A stretch of DNA of 64,000 nt from Bryobacterales bacterium (lineage in GTDB: Bacteria > Acidobacteriota > Terriglobia > Bryobacterales > UBA6623), in assembly GCA_965204435.1 (NCBI GenBank), contig OZ241997.1:5113132-5177131 (forward strand). The letters are read 5' to 3'. Position numbers and translations under genes: made by a program. The notes under the pieces were generated by a model. It saw only the letters and a list, made by a program, of their open reading frames with translations. It ran no database searches and had not been told where the DNA came from. Positions 1 to 7,920 of this stretch are shown here, piece by piece (positions within the stretch are counted from its first letter, which is position 1; each line of letters opens with the position of its first letter).

Positions 1-339
1 CTGCCAACCGACCGAGTTCTCGACGGCCGCGATCTATGGCCGCTGCTAAGCGGCGCGACCGACCAGTCGCCGCATGAGTACTTCTACTTCTTCGCCGGCC
101 GAGGCCGCCAGGGCGAGACCCGGCTGCAGGGAATTCGCAAAGGCCGGCACAAGCTCCGCTTAGCTGCCGGGGCGAACGGGCAGCTTGTAGCCGGCGAACT
201 CTACGATTTGTACGCCGATGCGGCAGAGAAGTTCGACATCAGTTCCCGCCACTCTGACCTAGTGCAGCAGTTGCTCGCCCAAGCACGCGCCTTCCTAGCC
301 GAACTTGAGCAGTCGACCCGCCCACTGGGCGGCGCCTAG
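1..339 (+). CDS. sulfatase-family protein, C-terminal fragment (5' end outside window)
   Basis: Own frame-1 translation is open from base 1 to TAG at 337-339: LPTDRVLDGRDLWPLLSGATDQSPHEYFYFFAG...GELYDLYADAAEKFDISSRHSDLVQQLLAQARAFLAELE. The DGxDLxPLLxG / HEYFYF / LYDLxxDxxE pattern is typical of arylsulfatase-type C-termini. It is absent from the ORF track because there is no start codon in the window. Confidence 0.6.
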   Translation: MPTDRVLDGRDLWPLLSGATDQSPHEYFYFFAGRGRQGETRLQGIRKGRHKLRLAAGANGQLVAGELYDLYADAAEKFDISSRHSDLVQQLLAQARAFLAELEQSTRPLGGA

Positions 340-368
340 CCATACGTAGGCACGAGCGCCCGGCGGGG

Positions 369-1649
369 TCAGAGCGACGGGACCTCGAAGAGCACCCCGC
401 CAAAGAGCAGCCACGCAACCAGTAGCGTCCAGCCGATGTTGACTGCCTGCGCCAGCAGGAACGCAGCCGCCGGCCTGCCCTCGTCCATCGCAACCAGGTC
501 CCGGAAGCGTGTTTCAAGGCCGATACAGACGAAGGCCAGTGCAAACCACCACGTGCGCAACCCCCTCATCAGGCTCTTGGTCGAGTCCACGAATTCGGCG
601 CTGAAAGCGAACGAGAACAGCAGCGAAGCGGCGATGAAGCCCAGTACGAACTTCGGAAAGCGCTCCCAGATGATCGCTGCGGACGGCGCTTCGCCGGTTG
701 CCGCGCCGCTGCGGAAGGTCCACCACACGGAGAGCGCGAACGCCGCCAAGCCGAGCATGGCGTTCTGGGAGAACTTCACGATCACCGCGGCGTTCATCGC
801 GGAATCGCCCACGATCTCTCCCGCGGCTACCACCGCGCCAGAGGTATCAATGGTGCCGCCGAGCCAGGCTCCGCCGACGACGTCGGGGATATCGAATTGA
901 GAGATGATCCAAGGCATGACCAGCATCATGGGAATCGCCACGACGAGGACAAGGGAAGTGACATAGGAGAGCTTCTTGCGGTCACCCTGCACGGCACCGC
1001 AAGCTGCGATAGCTGCCGAGACGCCGCATATCGAGACGGCCGTGGCGAGCATGGCGGAGAATTCGTCGTCGACCCGCAGCTTCTTGGAAATCCAGAAGCA
1101 GACGTACCAAATCACGAGGATGACCAGCAGTGCCTGCGCAATGCCCAGAACTCCCGCTTGCAGGATGTCTCCGATCAGGATGTTCGATCCGAGCACGACC
1201 AGCCCGGTCTTGATGTAGTACTCCGTGCGCGCCGCTGCCTGCAGCCAGCGCGGAACTGTCAGGACGTTAGAGATGAACAGGCCGATCAAGAGCCCGGTGA
1301 TGACGTATGTCACGCCTGCAGCCTTAACGGCCGCGTTGCCAGCCAAGAACTGCGCGAGCCAGCCCAGCAGGAACACAGCGGGGAACGCGATAGCGAAGGC
1401 CTTCAGGCTTCCCCCCATCAGCTTGATGCCGATGCCCGCCAGCGCCATCAGCAGGGCGCCGATGGAAACGATGGCCGCAATGCCCTCTGCGCTGAATATC
1501 GAGCCGACCGATCCCAGGTCCCACGAGAATCCTGGCAAGACGGGCCGCAAGCCGGCCAGTGCGAGCACGACGAGCGCGAAGCCGAGCCAACACGCGACCC
1601 AGTCTTCGGAGGAGAGCAGACTGGGGCGGTGGTTCGAAGCGGCGGTCAT
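369..1649 (-). CDS. YeiH/UPF0324-family integral membrane protein (putative sulfate exporter family)
   Basis: 426-aa ORF that is hydrophobic throughout with about 10 predicted TM segments. It has the SICGVSAAIAACGA motif characteristic of the YeiH family. Codon usage is GC3-rich as in neighbouring genes. Confidence 0.6.
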   Translation of the reverse strand: MTAASNHRPSLLSSEDWVACWLGFALVVLALAGLRPVLPGFSWDLGSVGSIFSAEGIAAIVSIGALLMALAGIGIKLMGGSLKAFAIAFPAVFLLGWLAQFLAGNAAVKAAGVTYVITGLLIGLFISNVLTVPRWLQAAARTEYYIKTGLVVLGSNILIGDILQAGVLGIAQALLVILVIWYVCFWISKKLRVDDEFSAMLATAVSICGVSAAIAACGAVQGDRKKLSYVTSLVLVVAIPMMLVMPWIISQFDIPDVVGGAWLGGTIDTSGAVVAAGEIVGDSAMNAAVIVKFSQNAMLGLAAFALSVWWTFRSGAATGEAPSAAIIWERFPKFVLGFIAASLLFSFAFSAEFVDSTKSLMRGLRTWWFALAFVCIGLETRFRDLVAMDEGRPAAAFLLAQAVNIGWTLLVAWLLFGGVLFEVPSL

Positions 1650-1827
1650 GGGTGGATTCTCCGGAGCGCTAGATAGCGTACCGTGATCGATCGCGTGGCG
1701 TACTTAAAGGTCCGACTAGTCACGACACCATAGCCACCCTAGAGGATAGCGAGACGGACGAACACTCCTCGACTAAGGCTGGGCCGGTGGGAACTTCCGC
1801 CTTTTCGCTGCTGAGCGGACACTGTCG

Positions 1828-2505
1828 CTACTTCAATCCAAGAACTGGCTTGACCTTAGCCCAATCGTCTGGAATCGACTCCCATTGGTCTCGTCTGGTC
1901 GCCCGAACGATTGGTGATGGATGGGGTGACGAAAAGAACGCCAGCCCGCTCCGATGCGAGCTTTCTAGGTGTCGGCGCGCCTTGTTCGCTTTCTTGCCAA
2001 CGAATACGACGGCCTGCAGTCGGGGCAAGAGGCGAATTAGATTCTTGACCTCCCGTACTCCCCGCTGAAGCTCTCCAGACAGGACCCGACGCGTTCCGTT
2101 CCACCAAGGCACTACGTTCCATGTGACGGTCAGTTCTCGCGGGATGCCCGCTTTGACCATAAAGCGGAATGTGGCTTCCGCTGTCCTGTCGTCGTTGTTT
2201 CTGCTGATGAAGCCCGACCCGACCCTGTCCGTCCCAGATGTCATTGGTCCGGGTTTTTCGAAGAGGAACAGTACGCGTGCTTCGATTCCACCGTCAAGTG
2301 GGTCAAAGTACGGCACCTCCTCCCTGGGTTCTTGTGCTCTCAACTCGTGTACATATTGGGTCAGCCCTTTTACATGCGGCTGATTTAGAAGCCTCTGGCG
2401 TTGCTCGCGGACACTGCCGTTCCTCAAAGACCGAGGCCTATCGTCCGGGTCCCAGGTCTCTTCAAGCGGCGCAACTGCCGAGCAAGGACCAGCCATGCCT
2501 GCCAT
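1828..2505 (-). CDS. uracil-DNA glycosylase superfamily (UDG-fold) protein, divergent
   Basis: 225-aa ORF. It has a motif-A-like VLFLFEKPGP and a motif-B-like SSPHPSP in the spacing and order expected for a UDG fold. An intact paralog of the frameshifted copy at 5035-5703. Confidence 0.5.
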   Translation of the reverse strand: MAGMAGPCSAVAPLEETWDPDDRPRSLRNGSVREQRQRLLNQPHVKGLTQYVHELRAQEPREEVPYFDPLDGGIEARVLFLFEKPGPMTSGTDRVGSGFISRNNDDRTAEATFRFMVKAGIPRELTVTWNVVPWWNGTRRVLSGELQRGVREVKNLIRLLPRLQAVVFVGKKANKARRHLESSHRSGLAFFSSPHPSPIVRATRRDQWESIPDDWAKVKPVLGLK

Positions 2506-2841
2506 CGTTACTGCTCGTCTGGGGAATCCAGCTGAACACCCTTAAGGGCCGCGGAGCGCTTGCGTTTGTTCCTCACCAAAACTAGCTGGCCGTCTCGGCT
2601 CCCAGGCCTGTGTTTGCCCTGACGGTGAGTTCGTAGTACTTGTGCTCGGCCGACGGTTCTCGCGATAGCAGCGAGCCGACGACCGCCGCTAGGAAGCCGA
2701 GCGGAATGCTGACGATGCCTGGATTCTGCGGCGGGTAAAGGGCTTGCGCCTGGATCATGCGCCGTGCGCTCTTGGCGACCTCGGGACCGTCGATACCCAT
2801 GAAACTCGGACTGACCAAGATCAGGCCCACCGACGAAAGCA
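1911..2841. repeat. direct repeat copy A (UDG-like gene body + spacer + actP 3' end)
   Basis: Colinear with 5111-6039 by hand alignment. There are 11 mismatches in 190 nt over 2631-2820 vs 5829-6018 and 12 in 60 nt over 1921-1980 vs 5121-5180. Similarity stops at 1910/5110 and at 2842/6040. Confidence 0.85.
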
Positions 2842-2854
2842 TTGGGACACACAT
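2582..2854 (-). pseudogene. actP 3' remnant (last ~86 codons only)
   Basis: The 90-aa ORF reads ...SSVGLILVSPSFMGIDGPEVAKSARRMIQAQALYPPQNPGIVSIPLGFLAAVVGSLLSREPSAEHKYYELTVRANTGLGAETAS. This is near-identical to the C-terminus of the full-length ActP at 5780-7378. Homology ends at 2841 and nothing upstream resembles the rest of actP. Confidence 0.8.
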
Positions 2855-3025
2855 AGTTGACTAGACGCGCCGCAGATCTCGTGGTAGGATAGCCCTCGCA
2901 AGCGCCGGTGGGTGAACCCGTATGTCGGGTTTCCCGCTGAATATAACAGCCGAATACAAGGACGGAGGGTAGCTCCCCGAGTCCTTGGCGAATAAGCGGG
3001 GCTCCGTCCGTTTCACCGACCGGTG

Positions 3026-3062
3026 CTTGCAGGGCCCGGCACCCTTTTGTGCCGGAAGCAAG
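3026..3062 (+). promoter_or_regulatory. two-tier stem-loop immediately 5' of the Shine-Dalgarno of the 3081 gene
   Basis: cttgc(3026-3030)/gcaag(3058-3062) form the outer stem. ccggcac(3036-3042)/gtgccgg(3049-3055) form the inner stem, with loop ccttt t. It is followed by caggaaaggtgaaacaacATG. Function unknown. Confidence 0.3.
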
Positions 3063-3080
3063 CAGGAAAGGTGAAACAAC

Positions 3081-5027
3081 ATGACATCCGAACAAGCGCT
3101 ACACGACGCGCGAGTCGCCGCCGGGATACCGTCGGCGTTTCTGTGGGGAGTTTGCGGCTTCCTCGTCTCTCTAATCGCCGTGATCGTCGCCGTGGTGCGA
3201 CGGCCCGGAGTGGACGCGAGCGCGCTCGCCAAGCACAACGACCGAGACCCGGAGACCGTGTTCTCGGCCGAGTGCTCCGCCGTTTTCAAGAAGCGCCAAG
3301 TGAGTGCCGCTGGCGCCAATCCGAAGACCCTTGTTTGCTTGATCGCAGGGCTTGTGATTTCGGTTGGGAACGCATTCGCGATTGAGTGGGAGGTTTGGCT
3401 GGCCGATCAGTCGAACAGTGCCGACATCACTGCTGAGAATCCCTCCGGAACCTTCGGAAGTAGGATTCTGATCTACGATGGTCGCGACATCGCCATTGCT
3501 CCGCCTGGAACGTATGCCGAAGATCATCCGCTCTTTGGGCCAACGGTGATCGAAGCTGACGATGTGTTTCCAAACGCCCTCAGCGAACTGGGGGCAAATG
3601 TGGAACGCCTTCACGGCATGTTGCCGCATCGATCACATCGGTTCATGAATGTGAACTTTTTCGGCCGCGTAGGCCTAGTCGGAATCATTGATGCGGAAGG
3701 ACAGTGCATTGAAACCGCAAACGGTCATAAGCAGTGCTATGAGATTCGGGGTGACCCAAGATCCGCGGCCAAGCTCGCCAAGGCTCTATTTCGCACTACC
3801 GGACCGGAAGGCTCATCACCGTCAAACCACATGTCGTTCTGGAGTCCCGACGGCACCAAGCTACTCATCGCAAACCTTGGTGCAAAGCTTCTCGAACGAA
3901 TCGACTACGATCGAGCGACTGACATCTTTACATTCAACAAGGCAGCCACGCTCGACTTGGTTGGCGGGCGGGACCTTACCGCGCTCCCGGCAATGGCAGA
4001 TTCGACATTGCCGGCAGGGCGGGTGAGTGGCCACTATTCCAACTACCAAACGATCTACACGCCAAGTGGTGCGTTGAAGGAAGGGCCGGGAAGACCGAAC
4101 AATGTTGTAGTTTGTCCGGCACTCAGCTCCACGAATCAACATGCCTACGTCACACTTGGCGGGGGCGGATTGTTCGTGGTCGATATCACGACAGAACCGA
4201 TGGCGATTGTCGCAGAATACACCAATGACGTCATCGTTCCAGCCGGTTGCGGTGGCATGGAGGGAGCCGGCTTCATGTATCTGAACTCAGGTGTCCCCGC
4301 GAGTCCGGCTGGTGCTGATGACTCCGTCTTTGTCATGTACCAGTTGCCGCTTGACTATCCTGACGCCACGAATCCCAATACAGTTGCCAACCAGCCCCCT
4401 GTTGTGAAGTTCTACGAAGAAGTGTCTCGGGGGCTGACCGATCCAGCAATGCTAGCCCGCCGTCGTGATGCACACGGCACGATGATTTCTCATTCCCATC
4501 GATTTCTTTATCAACTCGATCGCATTCAGAACATCATTGAAGTTTTTGATGTGGGAAAGATTGTAAATGATTCCCGTGCCACGCTCTCGGAGCAGGCCGA
4601 CGCACATGTGGGCACGATCGATCTCGAGGGGTCGGGGTTTTGCGTGGGAGAGGGGGAACCGTTCGTCAATCAAGACGGTGCGGGATATCAGCACAACGAC
4701 GACCCAGCGACGGATTCCGCCACTCTTGCACCCGACGGGCGTCTAATCGTTTCGCTCCGAGGTCCGAATCCGGTTTCAGTGAAGCACGCAGCCTTAGGAA
4801 GTTGCGGCGGAATAGGCGTCGTCACGCTCGAGGGTGACGGTTCAACCGGTAAGCTGACCCATGTTTTCCGAACCTTCTTGTCCGATGCAACAGGAACCAA
4901 GAATCTCAGTGACATTCATATGGCGATTGTTCGCATCAAAGGCCCGAATATTCCTAAGATCTGCCAATCCTGGCAGGGATGTCGATCGGCCCTTTCGTCA
5001 GAACCCGTCGTACATCCGGCGTTTTGA
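3081..5027 (+). CDS. hypothetical membrane-anchored beta-propeller (YVTN/lactonase-like repeat) protein
   Basis: 648-aa ORF with a good SD (AGGAAAGGTGA) 6-8 nt upstream of the ATG. Two N-terminal hydrophobic helices (FLWGVCGFLVSLIAVIVAVV, LVCLIAGLVISVGNAFAI). Repeat-like strands: SPDGTKLLIANLG, HAYVTLGGGGLFVVDITT, HRFLYQLDRIQNIIEVFDV, APDGRLIVSLRG. The gene body is lower in GC than its surroundings. Confidence 0.6.
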   Translation: MTSEQALHDARVAAGIPSAFLWGVCGFLVSLIAVIVAVVRRPGVDASALAKHNDRDPETVFSAECSAVFKKRQVSAAGANPKTLVCLIAGLVISVGNAFAIEWEVWLADQSNSADITAENPSGTFGSRILIYDGRDIAIAPPGTYAEDHPLFGPTVIEADDVFPNALSELGANVERLHGMLPHRSHRFMNVNFFGRVGLVGIIDAEGQCIETANGHKQCYEIRGDPRSAAKLAKALFRTTGPEGSSPSNHMSFWSPDGTKLLIANLGAKLLERIDYDRATDIFTFNKAATLDLVGGRDLTALPAMADSTLPAGRVSGHYSNYQTIYTPSGALKEGPGRPNNVVVCPALSSTNQHAYVTLGGGGLFVVDITTEPMAIVAEYTNDVIVPAGCGGMEGAGFMYLNSGVPASPAGADDSVFVMYQLPLDYPDATNPNTVANQPPVVKFYEEVSRGLTDPAMLARRRDAHGTMISHSHRFLYQLDRIQNIIEVFDVGKIVNDSRATLSEQADAHVGTIDLEGSGFCVGEGEPFVNQDGAGYQHNDDPATDSATLAPDGRLIVSLRGPNPVSVKHAALGSCGGIGVVTLEGDGSTGKLTHVFRTFLSDATGTKNLSDIHMAIVRIKGPNIPKICQSWQGCRSALSSEPVVHPAF

Positions 5028-5034
5028 ATGAGAC

Positions 5035-5703
5035 TCAGTCGAAGCATCGCTTGGTCTTACGGCCCTGTTGGTGTGAGGTTATGAGTACATAGCGCAGATG
5101 ACGCCGGAACTTTGGGATGGATGGGGTGCTGAGAAAAACGCCAGTCGACTTCGATGCGAGCTTTCTAGGCATCGGCGCAGCCCTGTTCGCTTTTTTGCCA
5201 ACGAATGCAACGGCCTGGAGTCGGGGCAATAGGCGAATCAGGTTCTTGACCTCCCCTACGCTCCGCCGAAGCTCTCCAGACAGCACCCCACGCTTTCCGT
5301 TCCACCAAGGCACTACGTTCCATGTGACTGTCACTTCTCGGGGGATGCCGGCTTCGACCATAAGCGGAACGTGGCTTCCGCAGTCCTGTCGTCGTTGTTT
5401 CTGCTGATGAAGCCAGATCCGACCCCGTCCGTTCCAGATGTCATTGGCCCGGGCTTTTCGAAAAGGAACAGCACGCGCGCTTCGACTCCACCGACAAGTG
5501 GGTCAAAGTACGGTGCCTCGCCTGATTCCTGCGCTCGCAAATCGTGCACATGATTGGGTCAGCCCTTGTACGTGCGGCTGGTTTAGCAGCCTTTGGCGTT
5601 GCTCGCGGACACTGCCGTTCCCCAAGGACCGAGGCCCATCGTCGGGGTTGCAAGTCCCTTCAAGCGGCGCAACTACAGAGCAAGGATCAGCCATGCATGG
5701 CAC
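5035..5703 (-). pseudogene. frameshifted copy of the UDG-fold gene
   Basis: Three overlapping ORF fragments (5035-5361, 5331-5549, 5503-5703) together are colinear with the 225-aa protein at 1828-2505. Indels relative to copy A lie near 5180, 5361 and 5520-5545. The HPSP motif is lost by frameshift, and the C-terminus beyond 5111 is unrelated. Confidence 0.8.
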
Positions 5704-6039
5704 CGGTACTGCACGTCCAAGGAATCCAGCTGAACACCTTCAAGAGCCGCGGAGCACTCGAGCTAGTGCCTCACAAGAACTAGCTGGCCTTCTCGGCTCC
5801 TAGGCCGGTGTTTGCTCTGACAGTGAGTTCGTAGTACTTGTCCTCGGCCGACGGTTCTCGCGATAGCAGCGAGCCGACGACCGCCGCCAGGAAGCCGAGC
5901 GGAATGCTGACGATGCCTGGATTCTTTAGCGGGTAAAGGGCTTGCGCCTGGATCATGCGCCGTGCGCTCTCGGCGACCTCGGGGCCATCGATGCCCATGA
6001 AGCTCGGGCTGACCAAGATCAGGCCCACCGACGAGAGCA
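5111..6039. repeat. direct repeat copy B
   Basis: See copy A. The coordinate offset is 3200 at the left edge and 3198 at the right edge. Confidence 0.85.
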
Positions 6040-7378
6040 GTCCTGCCGCCAGACCGCAGACGGCGCCGCGGGTCGTGAACCTCTTCCAGTAGAGCGAGAA
6101 GAGGATCACCGGAAGGTTGGCCGAAGCAGCGACCGCAAAGGCGAGTCCGACCAAGAACGCGACGTTGGCGTTCGGCCCCAGCCCGATGGCGATCAAGATG
6201 GAGACCGCCCCGACCACGAACGCCGTCCAGCGGGCCACCCGAACCTCTTCTCCCGGTCGGCGCTCGCTACCGTGGTGCAGCACGTTGGAGTAGAAATCGT
6301 GGGCGAACGAAGTTGACGCGCTGATGGTCAGTCCGGCCACCACGGCCAGAATGGTGGCGAAAGCGACCGCCGAGATGAATGCGAAGAACACGTCGCCTGC
6401 CAGCGCCTGGGCGAGCAGCGGAGCGCTCATATTGGTGCCGCCGTTGGCGGTGATGTGGTCAGGGCCAACGATTGTCGCCGCGCCGAAGCCGAGGAACGTC
6501 GTCATGATGTAGAAGGCCCCGATCAGCAACATCGCCCAGAACACGCTGACCCGCGCCGTCTTGGCGTCCGGCACCGTGTAGAAGCGGATCAGGATGTGGG
6601 GCAGGCCCGCCGTGCCGAAGATCAGCGCCATGCCCAGCGAAATCAGATCCAAAGCGCCGTACGGAGGCTTGTAGTACAGGCCGGGCTCCATGAAGTTTCG
6701 CGTCACGACTGTTCCGTCGGACTGCAGGGTGATGTTGGTGGCTGCCTTGAACAGCTCGCCGAGATCGAAGCCGAAATGGGCCAAGACCAGCACGCTGAGC
6801 AGGAACGTGCCGCTCATGAGCAGCACGGCCTTGACGATCTGCACCCATGTCGTGGCGAGCATGCCGCCGAAGACTACGTAGACGATCATCAAGACCCCCA
6901 CGCCGGTGACGGCCGTGGTGTAGCCGATCCCCGATCCCGCCAGCAGCAGGCTCACCAGCGCCCCGGCTCCCACCATTTGGGCGATCATGTAGAACGTTGA
7001 AACGGTGAGAGTGCTGAGCGCCGCCCAAGCCCTCACCGGACGCTCCTGCAGCCGATACGCCAGCACGTCGGCCATCGTGTACTTTCCCGAGTTGCGCAGC
7101 GGCTCGGCAACGACCAGCAGGACGGTGAGGTAGGCCACTAGGAAGCCGACTGAGTACATGAAGCCGTCATAACCGTAGAAGGCGATCAAGCCGGCGATGC
7201 CAAGGAACGATGCCGCGCTCATGTAGTCGCCGGAAATGGCCAGGCCGTTTTGCCAGCCAGTGATGCGCCGCCCGGCGGCGAAGAAGGCTTGCTCGCCCGA
7301 CGAGCGGCCGGCTGCCCAGTAGGTGATTCCGAGGGTTGCGGCGATGAACGCCAAGAACATCAGCAGCGGAAGCGACAC
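5780..7378 (-). CDS. actP: cation/acetate symporter ActP (sodium:solute symporter family)
   Basis: The long ORF matches the SSS/ActP pattern (FFAAGRRITGWQNGLAISGDYMSAASFLGIAGL...) and has 13-14 TM segments. I place the start at GTG 7378 (VSLPLLMFLAF...), directly after the yjcH stop (TAG 7380-7382). The ORF-track start at 7480 would overlap yjcH by 100 nt. Confidence 0.85.
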   Translation of the reverse strand: MSLPLLMFLAFIAATLGITYWAAGRSSGEQAFFAAGRRITGWQNGLAISGDYMSAASFLGIAGLIAFYGYDGFMYSVGFLVAYLTVLLVVAEPLRNSGKYTMADVLAYRLQERPVRAWAALSTLTVSTFYMIAQMVGAGALVSLLLAGSGIGYTTAVTGVGVLMIVYVVFGGMLATTWVQIVKAVLLMSGTFLLSVLVLAHFGFDLGELFKAATNITLQSDGTVVTRNFMEPGLYYKPPYGALDLISLGMALIFGTAGLPHILIRFYTVPDAKTARVSVFWAMLLIGAFYIMTTFLGFGAATIVGPDHITANGGTNMSAPLLAQALAGDVFFAFISAVAFATILAVVAGLTISASTSFAHDFYSNVLHHGSERRPGEEVRVARWTAFVVGAVSILIAIGLGPNANVAFLVGLAFAVAASANLPVILFSLYWKRFTTRGAVCGLAAGLLSSVGLILVSPSFMGIDGPEVAESARRMIQAQALYPLKNPGIVSIPLGFLAAVVGSLLSREPSAEDKYYELTVRANTGLGAEKAS

Positions 7379-7379
7379 T

Positions 7380-7700
7380 CTATTCGCCTCCGCCGTCCAG
7401 CCCTGACTTGGCTGCGTCCGCCAGGATGTCGTCGGCCATCTTGTCGAACCGGCTCGCAAATCGCATGTAGGCGAAGGCAATGGCCCAGGCCATCAGGAAC
7501 TGCGAGAAGGCGAAGATGTACGCCCAGTTGGCCTCGCCCCAGACCGGGCGGGACATCAGTGCAGGCCGGTATCCGACTAGGAGCGGCAGGGCGAAGTAGT
7601 AAACGATGAAGAACACCGTCATGGCGCAGACCGCTCGCGTCTTCTGCGTGATCATGCGCCGGTAGGGCTCGGCAGCATAGATTTTGTCCCAAGTGCTCAT
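7380..7700 (-). CDS. yjcH: DUF485 (YjcH-like) small membrane protein
   Basis: Two TM helices and the conserved position immediately upstream of actP. Start chosen at MSTWDKIYAAEPYRRMI (7700); the 7754 start is possible. Confidence 0.7.
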   Translation of the reverse strand: MSTWDKIYAAEPYRRMITQKTRAVCAMTVFFIVYYFALPLLVGYRPALMSRPVWGEANWAYIFAFSQFLMAWAIAFAYMRFASRFDKMADDILADAAKSGLDGGGE

Positions 7701-7920
7701 TGCAGTTGAGACACAGCATAGCACCACCGCATGAGGAGCAGCCCGAGAGTCCAAGCGTTCGCCTCAGACTAGGCGACTATCCTTACAAGCAACTGATTCT
7801 AAAAGATTTGTATTGCGCTCGCGAACTCCGGCGGCGCGATCGCATCAGGACCGCCGCTCATGCAAGAGGGCTTAGCTGGCTGCTTGCCCGCGACCTCGAC
7901 TTGGCGGGCGCTCGCATGCG

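Noticed and set aside
2508-3095. 195-aa ORF on the - strand crossing the repeat/insert junction
   Set aside because: It runs through the actP remnant in a different frame and through the non-coding junction. It has no motifs or RBS, and it overlaps the start of the well-supported 3081 gene.
5035-5703. Three small ORFs (108, 72 and 66 aa) as separate genes
   Set aside because: Joined across frameshifts, they are colinear with the single 225-aa protein at 1828-2505. I therefore interpret them as one pseudogene.
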